A stretch of DNA of 63,800 nt, filler included, from Octopus bimaculoides (Eukaryota): NCBI RefSeq assembly GCF_001194135.2. It is 6 parts of 6 records of this genome, joined end to end, with 100 filler letters (N's around TTAATTAATTAA, not from the genome) between each part and the next. Parts side by side here need not be neighbours in the genome. Positions count along the whole stretch, not along the records: positions 1 to 16,270 come from NC_068993.1; positions 16,371 to 45,314 come from NC_068981.1; 4 more parts are not named here. One strand, written 5' to 3'. The notes under the pieces were generated by a model. The model ran no database searches. It was given only the letters and a program-made list of their open reading frames with translations, and was not told where the DNA came from. Below, in pieces: positions 10,480 to 22,278 of the stretch. The position numbers and the translations under genes are program-made. How positions within the stretch are numbered: position 1 is the first letter of the stretch; each line of letters begins with the position of its first letter.

Positions 10480-11280
10480 TATGAGATACCATCCATCATA
10501 CTATGGCTTCTGGCCACACCACTATCATAATTTATCAAACATCGAATGTGACCGCCAATGAGCTAGCGCGCCGACTTGACCAGCACCGTCTGGAATGTTT
10601 CCGTTCAGCCTCCGAGCCTCACAGCAGAGCTTGGTTCAATGCAATATCATCACTCGCAACAGGCACTTAACTTGGTAGTGACTTCCTGCGCATTGGCGTT
10701 CCCTGAGGCTTGGTCTCCAGATCTGCAAGCTTCGTGAATGCCGTTACGGATCCATTGTGTCTTCTTTCGGCCTCCACCAACTGTCATGTCGTCACAGTGC
10801 TGGCCTCCTTCCACGCCATGCCACCCATAACAAGATCATAAAGCAGGGCCTAGGTGTCGCAGGCTTAGCTTCCGAGCTCGAGCCAGCGGGGCTAGATCCA
10901 GTGGATGGTAAAATATTTCCATTCTGTGGTGGTATGCTCTTCATCTAGGATTCCACATGCTGTGACACCTCCAGTGGCAACTTGATGTTGTCAGCTACCA
11001 ACCTAGGCTTCGCTTCTCGTCAGGCTGAGAAAAACTGTTAAGGCATCGATCGCTCTTCAACAGGTTTATGGTCGAGTTTGTGGTAGGGGAAACCTCCGGT
11101 GTTCTCGGCCCCAGGACCATATCCCTGCTCACTGCTATCAAAGCGGAGATGGCTGTTCGCAAGTACAAGCCCCGTGGGTTAGAGTGGTTGTTCCAGCGTA
11201 TCTCCCTCACTATCCTCCGGGGTAACGCCCTTTTCATTTTGTCTGCAGATGCTACGAGAAATGTCATCCAATGACTAAAA
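10480..11280 (+). mobile_element. CRE-clade-like non-LTR retrotransposon, 3' fragment (Zn-knuckle + restriction-like endonuclease), degenerate
   Basis: Frame-shifted translation: ASEPHSRAWFNA...LRIGV.LRLGLQIC..CRYG...GLHQLSCRHSAGLLPRHATHNKIIKQGL...LEPAGLD..DGK...DSTCCDT...GETSGVLGP...WLFQRISLTILRGNA. This matches the typical CRE C-terminal signature. Confidence 0.75.
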
Positions 11281-11847
11281 GCAACATTTTATTGCAGTTT
11301 GATACAAAGTTTGACCTCTTCTGACCTCTCGTCAAAGTCCCACTTTTCGATCGATTCGTACAGAGCACACTGAAGAAAATTCCCATACTCAAACGACAAG
11401 TTATTAAATGAAATCCAGTTTTGCTTCCAGCTGTGTGATGTAGGAGCTTATCTCTTATTCTAAGGTTGTCAAAGCATGTAAATATCTGTCAAATCTGTGA
11501 CTTTAGTATATTTTGTTAGAAAAAAGAAAAAAAAAGGAGATAGAGACTTACAAACCGGCTGATCAAACAATGATACCACTTTTAATTATACCTTCAGTCT
11601 CTAAAGATCGGAAGCAAACATCCAGATTTTCGAATATGCCATATTCATTTGGTTATGTTTTAATGCATTCCTACGCGCGTTTCCACAAATCACGTTTCTT
11701 AGGATCATAGTCCATATTCCTAGGCTGATTGCAGTACAGTCCGTACTGATCATGGACATCGAGTGGATCATATTCATGTGTTCATTTCTTCGGGCGGTTA
11801 GTGGAAACGTGGCATGCATTAAAATATTTATAAATTCCATCTATACA

Positions 11848-11878
<31 letters not shown>

Positions 11879-11898
11879 TGTTGTTGTTGTTGTTGTTG

Positions 11899-11929
<31 letters not shown>

Positions 11930-11979
11930 ACTATATATATGCATGCATACATATACATACATACATACATATATCTATC

Positions 11980-12013
<34 letters not shown>

Positions 12014-12017
12014 CTAA

Positions 12018-12175
12018 TTTAGATTCAATCGAATTAGGTACTTAAATTGAGGCACCAAGCCAGTTCGGTATAGTCCGCGCAGCTCGAAGTTAGGTGAATA
12101 AAAAGCAAAAAAGTAACAAGGTATGAAACGGCCGTAATGCATTGATACCTGGACGTCCTTGTTACTTATTTTCTT
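12018..12175. mobile_element. Short repeat with an internal inversion relative to its homologue at 42130-42272
   Basis: 12018-12120 matches the reverse complement of ~42170-42272, while 12125-12172 matches 42135-42182 directly. Confidence 0.7.
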
Positions 12176-12188
12176 TATATGTATGTAT

Positions 12189-12222
<34 letters not shown>

Positions 12223-13265
12223 NNNNNNNNNNACTACGAATTACTCATAAGGTACAGTGTATATTTAAATACATAAGAGGAATCCACTCATGGGATTCCT
12301 TACGCCAGAAAGAACTGCTAGGTTCTACAACTACAAAATTAGGGATAAAATCTCGAAAAGAACGAAATGAAAAATAAAAATTGTTTACCATATCTTTCCT
12401 GGACCAAATTGGTTTCTGACTTATTTTAGCAAATTAAAATAATTTGTTAGGTGAAGTCGTTATCAACAGGTACACCCAAGACTGAAATATATAAGCACGA
12501 GGTAATCAATTCCATGCCTCCCGTTTATACATCCTAATTTTTTCAGATCTACTGCGCATGCGCAGCTCCTTGCTGGCATTAAAAAAATGCCAACTTTTAA
12601 AATTCGAAAAATTATCCCTAAAACTTATAATGATTAATCGTATCAAAGGGAAATAGAAAATAATAAAATTTTCACCTCCAAGTGGCCTAGCGTATAAATA
12701 TATATATATGTATATATATATATANNNNNNNNNNNNNNNNNNNNNNNNNNNNNNNNNNNNNNNNNNNNNNNNNNNNNNNNNNNNNNNNNNNNNNNNNNNN
12801 NNNNNNNNNNNNNNNNNNNNNNNNNNNNNNNNNNNNNNNNNNNNNNNNNNNNNNNNNNNNNNNNNNNNNNNNNNNNNNNNNNNNNNNNNNNNNNNNNNNN
12901 NNNNNNNNNNNNNNNNNNNNNNNNNNNNNNNNNNNNNNNNNNNNNNNNNNNNNNNNNNNNNNNNNNNNNNNNNNNNNNNNNNNNNNNNNNNNNNNNNNNN
13001 NNNNNNNNNNNNNNNNNNNNNNNNNNNNNNNNNNNNNNNNNNNNNNNNNNNNNNNNNNNNNNNNNNNNNNNNNNNNNNNNNNNNNNNNNNNNNNNNNNNN
13101 NNNNNNNNNNNNNNNNNNNNNNNNNNNNNNNNNNNNNNNNNNNNNNNNNNNNNNNNNNNNNNNNNNNNNNNNNNNNNNNNNNNNNNNNNNNNNNNNNNNN
13201 NNNNNNNNNNNNNNNNNNNNNNNNNNNNNNNNNNNNNNNNNNNNNNNNNNNNNNNNNNNNNNNNN

Positions 13266-13301
<36 letters not shown>

Positions 13302-14021
13302 ACATACACACTATAAACACACGCACATATATACATGCACGTACACTCAACGCACGCACACACATATCTTCATGCACGTTCATACACATAGCATACTTTT
13401 TGATGAGTATGTCTGTACTTAAATATACTGTTGCTATGGTCCAGACTTATATATAAGCAATGCAGAGAAATATTTTTTAACATTTAATGTTAAAAGAAAA
13501 ATAAGCTTAGTTGAATAACAAAAACAAAGTCAAGACGGATGTTTAGCGTGTCGCTACCTTTTAATAACTTTAAATACTTTTAAAATCTAAGGAAAACATG
13601 CTTTTGAGTTACTAATCCTTATTTACTATTAATAGTATCTAACGTTTCAAAATTTTCGAAAACACGCAATTATGATTTCGTTCGTTATGTAAGTTTTCAT
13701 CCACTTGTATTATTTTTTGCGTTTCAAGTATATACAGTCTATAGCATCAACCCTGCTGGTACAGTACCTATAATACCTCACTGCAGTTTAAAACCCATAC
13801 CCATTTACTTAAACTCCATAATATATAATAGCCACAGATGAGGTATTAACACCGTGAGGGAATATTTATCCCCACTTTAAAGTGAACGTTCTGTTGGTGA
13901 ACTTAAACTACGGTAGATACTATGTGAGAAACTGTCATATTGGTTTTAATGCCAAATACACTCTTGTTTATATCGGTAACAGAGAGATAAATCCCCACCA
14001 TATCCAGCGCCGAGACCTACG

Positions 14022-14056
14022 AATCACGTGGTTTCGACCTTCCTTGGTCTCGTCAA
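14022..14056 (-). ncRNA. Degenerate minimal hammerhead core
   Basis: The minus strand reads TTGACGA-GACC-AAGGAA-GGTC-GAAA-CCACGTGA-TT. Stem II is perfect and stem III near-palindromic. C3 is mutated to T and stem I is not evident. Confidence 0.35.
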
Positions 14057-14568
14057 AGATGAATGCTCAACCGTTAGAGATAGCAGCAACCTATCTCTCC
14101 GTCAGGATATGCACCAAAAACCAATATAAGAGTTTCTCTGACGTATCCACTACTGTATAGATTGTTCTAACAGAACGTCCACGTCTAAGTGGAGACAAAT
14201 ATTAAATTCAAAATTTATTATGCTAGTGATAGTGTACGCATTGATTGTCAGTACATGTATGATTGTGCATCATTTGAAAATATTTGATATAGAACCGAAA
14301 ATAACTCGCAATTAGAATTCATAATGACATGACATTTATAGATTATATTGTTTCTTCTGACAATTATTCAAAAGGGGACAGTGATAAGTAGTCTACAGTT
14401 ACATGAACTCAAACCGGAGTCCTTGGGGGCTTAGTACGTTTGGTGCTGCTATTCAAGTTGTTTTTCTTTCTAACAGTTATGTTAATACCGTTATTATTTG
14501 AGGGGCTGTTATATCTCTATTTTTCGGTCAGCTGTCTTTCTCCCTGTAGTAATTATAACACAGGTGTA

Positions 14569-14605
<37 letters not shown>

Positions 14606-14699
14606 NNNNNNNNNNNNNNNNNNNNNNNNNNNNNNNNNNNNNNNNNNNNNNNNNNNNNNNNNNNNNNNNNNNNNNNNNNNNNNNNNNNNNNNNNNNNNT

Positions 14700-14935
14700 A
14701 TGTATCCTTTACTTGTTTCAGCCATTTGACTGTGGCCATGCTGGAGCAATGCCTTGAAGGGGTTTCAGTCGAACAAATTGACCGCATGGCTTATTTTTTT
14801 AAAGTTTAGTACTTATTCTATCGGTCTTTTAGGCCGAACCGCTAAGTTACGGGGACATAAACACACCAACACCGGCTGTCAAGCGCTGATGGGGACAAAT
14901 ACAGAAGCAGAGGCACACACACACACATATAGATA
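14700..14935 (-). mobile_element. SINE family C, 3' half
   Basis: TTTACTTGTTTCAGCCATTTGACTGTGGCCATGCTGGAGCA...CCGCTAAGTTACGGGGAC...GGGACAAATACAGA. Confidence 0.8.
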
Positions 14936-15249
14936 TGTACACACACACTCATACACACACATAACACAAGAATAAGAATGGAAAAAATCACATCTTTAAA
15001 TGGTGATTACACCATACATTCTTTTCTACTCTTGGCACAAGGCCTGAAATTTTGGGGAGGGTACCGATCGATTAGATTGATTAGATAGATCCCCGTTCTG
15101 GATCTAATTTCAGTCAGCATGAGACTTCCATTTATTGGAGACCCCCTGTTAGATTTACTCCTTTCAATACCCCGGCCCCACGTATAACAAAATTTATTTA
15201 ACACTTTAATATTAACTTCACACCTCTTTTAGTTTGTATTTGCTTGTAC

Positions 15250-16150
15250 TATGTGTTACAGTTAGCGCTTTTCTGCCTGCTATTATTGTTGTTAGGTGTA
15301 TTAGCTGTCATTTCCGTGATAATGTGTTGTATGGATTCGCATGTCTAATTATGGACCAGGTCAGGTCATATTTTGCCTTGTTTTCCTCGAGCATCCAGAT
15401 AAAATCAGCCCGTGATGTTGCATGCCGTTTAAGGATTTTTCGAAAGCTGGCAATGTGATTACAGCATCGATTTTTGAAAATATCAGCCGATACTCCGATG
15501 TATACGTAGGGGCCTCCTCTGGTGTTTACTGTGCACTTATACACCACAATACTGGTCGTTGTTATCCTACTATCACTATTTCTGGGTGTGTTAGTATTGT
15601 TGTTTGAATTGTTACTAGTGTAATTCGTTGGATGGTTATTATAGATATTGTAGTTGTTATTTCTCGGTTGGTTGGCATTACAGTTCGAGTTATTATCACT
15701 TTGATGCATTAATTGGTAGGTTATATAGCGTTGCCTCTTGGTTGGTTATATGAGTCGCAGTCAATTTGTAAGGGCTTATTTTGTGAGCAGTCTGTTCGTT
15801 GTCTTAGTTTACGATTGTTAATCCTATGAATGTGGTGCTCTCTATTTGATGAGTTAGCACAGGACAGTTTTGCAGTGCGACGGTTGAATATTTTGCTGTA
15901 CGCTCCATTTTTAGGGAAGCAACGATCAAGCGCGGCGAAGAATTGTTTTGAAATTTTGGATGAGATGTTCGAGCCCCAGATTGGGTTATACCAAAGGACA
16001 TCATGGATTTTGTATGTTCTGTTTGGTCTGTTTAGGTCTCAAACTGCCACTGCAAAGTTCCTGAAATGGATCCAACAGAAGTATACCACAACTGCGGATG
16101 ACAACAGGTAGCCTAAACTGTGCCGGTGCTCGACTCAACATTTAAACACA
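15250..16150 (-). mobile_element. Penelope-like element remnant (RT-EN linker + GIY-YIG endonuclease)
   Basis: VLWYNPIWGSNISSKISKQFFAALDRCFPKNGAYSKIFNRRTAKLS (typical PLE linker), then IVVYKCTV...YVYIGVSADIFKNRCCNHIASFR...DFIWMLEE...WSIIRHANPYN (GIY-YIG). Confidence 0.85.
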
Positions 16151-16185
16151 CTAATCTAATTATACGTATTTATCTAGATTTCATC

Positions 16186-16236
<51 letters not shown>

Positions 16237-16270
16237 TAGTTTTATTTTTATAACGTGCTTTCACTTCACT

Positions 16271-16370
16271 NNNNNNNNNNNNNNNNNNNNNNNNNNNNNN
16301 NNNNNNNNNNNNNNTTAATTAATTAANNNNNNNNNNNNNNNNNNNNNNNNNNNNNNNNNNNNNNNNNNNN
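16271..16370. other. Artificial scaffold gap: 44 N + TTAATTAATTAA + 44 N
   Basis: Palindromic six-frame stop linker at 16315-16326, centred in exactly 100 bp. Confidence 0.95.
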
Positions 16371-17489
16371 CCTGATATCTCTCAATTTCTTTGGTTTTTC
16401 TCTCTATTATCCATGGCATTGCAAAGTCTGTGATCTTCCACTGTTTGCTTCTTTTGTCCTCTTTGTTGTTGTTATTATTATCATTGTTGTTGTTGTTTTT
16501 GTTGTTGTCATTGTTGTTGCGGTTATATTGTTATTGTTGTTGTTGTTGCTGTTATTATATTAATTATTATTACTCCAGATAATGTGTATGTTTTATGGCA
16601 TTTAAGTTTCAAAATAAATGAAAGCTTTCAACTTGTCTGGTTTCTCTTAGAATGAAAATGTATTTCCTCCACATTGCTCCTTATCAAGAATTTTTCCATT
16701 CTCTGTATAAAATAAATTGAATTCTATTTATAATTAATTGCAAGTATTTCTTCCTTTTTAAACGTGAAAGCATCTTTATTAAAATATTTATCTTTTCAAG
16801 CTAAGAGCAGTTAGAAAGAGATTCTGTCAGGATTCTGTATTAGATTTATCTGTCAATAATCTTTACAGCAGTGTTATAAATCACTCACAGCTTAGGTACA
16901 TGTTGAAATTTGCAACATCTATATCACAACATTAATAAAGAAATGTCTTTTAATAAGGTCTCTTCTTTATCAGTATTAGAATCAAACGATGCTGCTTGTT
17001 GCTTACGACCTCTTGTATTGTCTATGAATAATTTTCTAGCAGATAATCTAAAACACAGTTCCAACTTCATTATTGATTCATGAATTTTTTTTTGTGTTTT
17101 GGTTTGGTCTTTTCTGTTTTCTATTGTCTTTCTTTGCAGTAACATCTTTATTTAATGGGTGGTGGTGATGGTGGTGGTGGTGGTGGTGTTGGTGGAAATT
17201 CAATGGGGGTGGAGTGGGAGGTGTAAGAAGGATAAGTCATTGATTTTATGTAAATTAGATGTTGATTGACTATATTTGAGAAGTAAAATATTTTGTCGCT
17301 ATTTTTTTTTTTTTTTTTTGTGTGTCTGATTGGTCAGTTTGGTTTAAGAGCTGCAAACGCGAACATGAACAAAGAGAGAACAAATATCTTCATTGTCATT
17401 GTCATTATAGGCGTCATCATTGCTATTGTCATTGTTGTCATCATCATCATTGTTGTCATCATCATCATTGTTGTCATCATCATCATCAT

Positions 17490-17630
17490 CATCATCGTTA
17501 TCATCATCATTTAACGTCTGCTTTCCATGGTGGCATGAGTTTGACAGGAGTTGGTGAAGCAGAAAGCTGCCCCTGGCTCCAATTATCTGTTTCATCACAG
17601 TTTCTATGGCTGGATGCCCTTCCTAACACC
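17490..17630 (-). mobile_element. RTE 3'-UTR-derived fragment (family D)
   Basis: CATCATTTAACGTCTGCTTTCCATG...GCTGGATGCCCTTCCTAACACC is the reverse complement of the RTE tail at 48500-48666. Confidence 0.65.
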
Positions 17631-17673
17631 CTATCTGTATATATATATATTTCTGCATGTTTGTGCATGTGTG

Positions 17674-17714
<41 letters not shown>

Positions 17715-17761
17715 CGTATTGTGTGCGTGCCTACGTATTTGCCTTCTGTGCTAAAAACATT

Positions 17762-18076
17762 TTTATTTATGCGCCCTTTTTTTAAAAGCCTAGCCAGGCT
17801 CATGGGCCTGGTTTCCTGGTTTCTATGGCGTATGTGTCCCCCTCCCCCAGCTGGACGGGATGACAGTCCATCGTAGCTTTACTCAAGAAACAGGAAGAAT
17901 AAGTGAGAGAAAGTTGGGGTGAAAGAATACAACAGGGGGCGCCACCACCCACTGCCTGAGCCTCGTGGAGCTTTAGGTGTTTTCGCTCAATAATCACACA
18001 CAACGCTCGGTCTGGGAATCGAAACCGCGATCTCCTGACCGCGAGTCCGCTGCCCTAACCACTGGGCCATTGCGCC
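17762..18076 (-). mobile_element. tRNA-Arg-like SINE (family B variant; OR-type octopus SINE-like)
   Basis: Head GGCGCAATGGCCCAGTGGTTAGGGCAGCGGACTCGCGGTC...GGTTTCGATTCCC has A and B boxes and a TCG anticodon-like loop. Confidence 0.8.
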
Positions 18077-18434
18077 TACACTGCTAAAAAACATACTGTT
18101 ACTAAAACAGGTTAAATGTCCAAGCAGCTGCACTGAGCCATCAGCATCCGTTCATCTCATTCTGATGTTTCTGAACCACACTTGCCTGTGAGTGATGGCT
18201 GGTCGTGCTGTATTTGCACACCAGCATCAACAAGGACGATAACAACAACAACAACAGGCAACATCAACTCATAAATATCTTCTAACAACATATACTCACA
18301 TGTAGATTACACCAAACACTACATGTTACATTTCATGTACCCTTACATCAGAAATACACTAACTCCATTAACAATAACTTCAATCCTTTAGCATTCAGAT
18401 TGTTATCGTAAATGAAATGCTTATTTTCTTTTTC

Positions 18435-18625
18435 TTTTATTTGTTTCAGTCATTTGACTGTGGCCATGCTGGAGCACTGCCTTTAGTCGAACAAATCGAC
18501 CCTAGGACCTATTCTTTGTAAGCCTAGTATTTATCCTATCGGTCTCTTTGCTGAACTGCTAAGTTACGGGGGCCGTAAACGCACCAACATTGGTTGCCAA
18601 GTGATGATGGGGGGACAAACACAGA
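18435..18625 (-). mobile_element. SINE family C, 3' half
   Basis: TTGTTTCAGTCATTTGACTGTGGCCATGCTGGAGCACTGCCTTTAGTCGAACAAATCGACCC. Confidence 0.8.
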
Positions 18626-18994
18626 CATCATCATCATCATCATTGCCATCATCAGATATTTGAAGAGTTGAAGCTGACAAAGGAGCCTCTAGATCGGTGC
18701 CTCTTAATCAGTGCACCGTGAGACACACAAACACATTGCACCAATATCGAAGAGGTATGAAAGGGTGTCACAAATTAAAAAAAAATATAAATTCAAGACT
18801 TCAGAAATGTCGTTTTAATGTTTGAGCAGCTTGAGACATATTTTATTCATTATTTTGTAATAAACAAATATTAGCAAATTGAGATAAATGACAATTTCCT
18901 ATTTTCTTCTAGACTGTAAAATTTGAAATAAGTCTTTCTCTCTTTTTTTAACTTCTTGCACAAAGAGTGCCAGAATTTTTAACTCTTTATACAT

Positions 18995-19281
18995 GTTGTT
19001 GGCACTCCGTCGCTTACGACGTCGAGGGTTCCAGTTGATCCGATCAACGGAACAGCCTGCTCGTGAAATTAACGTGCAAGTGGCTGAGCACTCCACAGAC
19101 ACGTGTACCCTTAACGTAGTTCTTGGGGATATTCAGCGTGACACAGTGTGACAAGGCTGACCCTTTGAATTACAGGCACAACAGAAACAGGAAGTAAGAG
19201 TGAGAGAAAGTTGTGGTGAAAGAGTACAGCAGGGTTCGCCACCATCCCCTGCCGGAGCCTCGTGGAGCTTTAGGTGTTTTC
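18995..19281 (-). mobile_element. SINE family B, head lost in gap
   Basis: Homologous to 740-925 and, at its 5' part, to 17900-17990. Confidence 0.8.
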
Positions 19282-19822
19282 NNNNNNNNNNNNNNNNNNN
19301 NNNNNNNNNNNNNNNNNNNNNNNNNNNNNNNNNNNNNNNNNNNNNNNNNNNNNNNNNNNNNNNNNNNNNNNNNNNNNNNNNNNNNNNNNNNNNNNNNNNN
19401 NNNNNNNNNNNNNNNNNNNNNNNNNNNNNNNNNNNNNNNNNNNNNNNNNNNNNNNNNNNNNNNNNNNNNNNNNNNNNNNNNNNNNNNNNNNNNNNNNNNN
19501 NNNNNNNNNNNNNNNNNNNNNNNNNNNNNNNNNNNNNNNNNNNNNNNNNNNNNNNNNNNNNNNNNNNNNNNNNNNNNNNNNNNNNNNNNNNNNNNNNNNN
19601 NNNNNNNNNNNNNNNNNNNNNNNNNNNNNNNNNNNNNNNNNNNNNNNNNNNNNNNNNNNNNNNNNNNNNNNNNNNNNNNNNNNNNNNNNNNNNNNNNNNN
19701 NNNNNNNNNNNNNNNNNNNNNNNNNNNNNNNNNNNNNNNNNNNNNNNNNNNNNNNNNNNNNNNNNNNNNNNNNNNNNNNNNNNNNNNNNNNNNNNNNNNN
19801 NNNNNNNNNNNNNNNNNNNNNN

Positions 19823-20052
19823 ACACACACGCACACACACACACACGCACACACACACACACACATATATATACATATATATACATATATACGACTGGCT
19901 TCTTTCAGTTTCTGTCTACCAAATCCACTCACAAGGCTTTCGTCGGTCCGGGACTATAGTAGAAGACACTTGCCCAAGGTGCCATGCAGTGGGACTGAAC
20001 CCAGAACCATGTGGCTGGTAAGCAAGCTACTTACCACACAGCCACTCCTGCA
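19823..20052 (-). mobile_element. SINE family C, 5' half
   Basis: AAATCCACTCACAAGGCTTT...AGAAGACACTTGCCCAAGGTGCC...GGGACTGAACCC...CCACACAGCCACTCC. Confidence 0.85.
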
Positions 20053-20106
20053 CCTATATATTTAACATTCTATACATTTAAAACCTTTTATGCAAAGTAT
20101 GACATT

Positions 20107-20400
20107 ATCATCATCGTTTAACGTCCGCTTTCCATGCTGGCATGGGTTGGACGGTTTGACTGGGAACTGGTGAGCCAGATGGCTGCAACCAGGCTCCAAT
20201 CTGATCTGGCAGAGTTTCTACAGCTGGATGCCCTTCCTAATGCCAACCACTCCGAGAGTGTAGTGGGTGCTTTTACGTGCCACTGGCACAAGGGCCAGTC
20301 AGGCGGTACTGGCAACGGCCACGCTCAAAATAGTGTTTTTACGTGCCACTTGCACAGGAGCCAGTCCAGTGGCACTGGCAACAACCTCGCTAAAATGGTA
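20107..20400 (-). mobile_element. RTE 3'-UTR-derived element (family D)
   Basis: (ATC)n tail, AACGTCCGCTTTCCATGCT...CAGCTGGATGCCCTTCCTAATGCCAACCACTCCGAGAG and two ~65-bp internal repeats. Confidence 0.85.
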
Positions 20401-20419
20401 TTTAAAATCTTTTTGATGG

Positions 20420-20765
20420 AAAGTGCTCCAGCAATTCTTAACTATGCAGAATGTGCCATTAATTTTTAACTATCTATGCAGAATATAAGCATAAATTTTA
20501 ACTTTCATTGCTAAGCGTGTCTGTAATTTTCAACTTTCGATACAGAGAATGCCAGCAATTTTTAATTTTCTATACAAAGTGTGGCAGAAAGTTTTAACTT
20601 TGTATGTGAAGTGTGCCAGTAATTTTAAATTATGTAATTTTAAACTGTGAAAAGTACACAAGTAATTCTTAACTTTCTGTGCCAAGTGCACTAATAAGTT
20701 TTGACAGTTTATGTGAAGTGTAATTGTAATTTTTAAATTTCCATATATAGAGTGCCAATAATCTT
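20420..20765 (+). repeat. Degenerate ~32-bp minisatellite
   Basis: About 10 units resembling GTGCCAGTAATTTTTAACTTTCTATGCAAA. Further units occur at ~18945-18990 and ~20065-20100. Confidence 0.65.
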
Positions 20766-21614
20766 TTTATTTGATCTCTTGTGAATCACTGCTGTACATT
20801 GTTGTTGATATTACTGGAAATAGCAACCAAATTTCCCTTAAACTATTCATTGCCATCTTAAAATTGATTTTGAATTATATATAATAGCATTTTCTTGAAG
20901 GGACCAAAAGTTAATAGTTTAAGGAATTAAGATTGAGAAGGTTTAAGGAATCTATTGTGTAAAAGACATGAAATGAGATTACGACTGACCTCAGAAGTGT
21001 ATTTAAACAGGAAGCTTTTGGGTTGAGTCACAATCTGAATAAATATTGTCAAATACAATGTAAAGTAAAAGAGAAATAACTATTTGACTCTTTCCAATGA
21101 AATAACTATTTAATTTTTATAAGAACATCATTATAATGTGGGTTAGTTTCAAGCAAACTTCAATTTGGGAGTCAATGAAACATTGTACATACATAATGAC
21201 TAATTAAAATTGCACACAAGGGAATGAGCTGAAAAAAAGAAACATATTACAAAATCTTTTCATTTTGGAGAAAAGGCATGTTAACTTATAGTTCACTGCA
21301 GAAAGTTTTATGTGTTACAAATGAAAGGTAAATGAAATGATGGCTTTCTTTCTAAATTGTAAGACAGTAGTATTAAAGAATAGTCAAAGATAAGCTTCTT
21401 TTTTTTCTCTGAAAGAGTTCTATGGCATCATAAAACCGTAAAAGGTTTATCATATTACAAAGGATTGCAAGTGTATGCTTAAAAAGAAATATAAGTTCTA
21501 TACGACTAATCACAATGTGAGTTGCAAATAATGAGTTTTAAGAAGAATATACAAAGCCACATTTGTTCAATACCAAAAGGGGTATCATTTTTCTTTTATT
21601 TAAATTTTTTTTGT

Positions 21615-21975
21615 CTTTTACTTGTTTCAGTCATTTGACTGTGGCCATGCTGGGGCACTGCTTTGAAGAATTTTTTTAGTCAAATGGATCAACCCCACTA
21701 CTTATTCTATTGGTCTATTTTGCCAAACTGCTAAGTTATAGGGATGTAAACACACCAATACTGGTTGTCAAGTGGTGGTGGGAGACAAAGACAGACACAA
21801 AGAACACATACACAAATATATATGTCAGGTTTCTTTCAGTTTCCATTGGCCAAATCCACTCACAAGGCTTTGGTTGACCTGAAGCTATAATAGAAAACAC
21901 TTGTCATGCTGTGGGACTGAACTGAGAACCATGTTGTTGGGAAGCAAGCTTCTTACCTGACAGCTATATCTGAGC
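21615..21975 (-). mobile_element. SINE family C, near full length
   Basis: Colinear with 35112-35518. Confidence 0.8.
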
Positions 21976-22278
21976 CTCTAAATTTTGATGACATCCTTTT
22001 TAGTGTTCTCTCAGCAGCTGGGTTCAATTTGGCACCAAGATGTCTATTTATGTTTCGAGAGAGGTCCAGCAACAAAATACAATGCATTTAGCTAGGAATG
22101 CAGCCTGGCATCATGTGATAGTATCCTTAACTGATGTCATGCATGCAGTTGTTTCTTTCTGCTATGCTTGCCTCTTGAAATTGAAATAGGATTACAGTGT
22201 GTGGAATATAGAGTAGGTTTGTCATGTAACTGTCTGGAGTGAGCACTGCCCACTATATGATGATATATAGCATACAAA

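Noticed and set aside
11590-11840. Minus-strand protein-looking stretch (…THEYDPLDVHDQYGLYCNQPRNMDYDPKKRDLWKRA…)
   Set aside because: Three stops in ~80 codons, no usable acceptor in that frame and no recognisable family. A BLASTx would settle it.
17900-18076. tRNA gene (Arg-TCG-like)
   Set aside because: The tRNA-like sequence continues into a repeated SINE body with a broken acceptor stem; it is a SINE head, not a tRNA gene.
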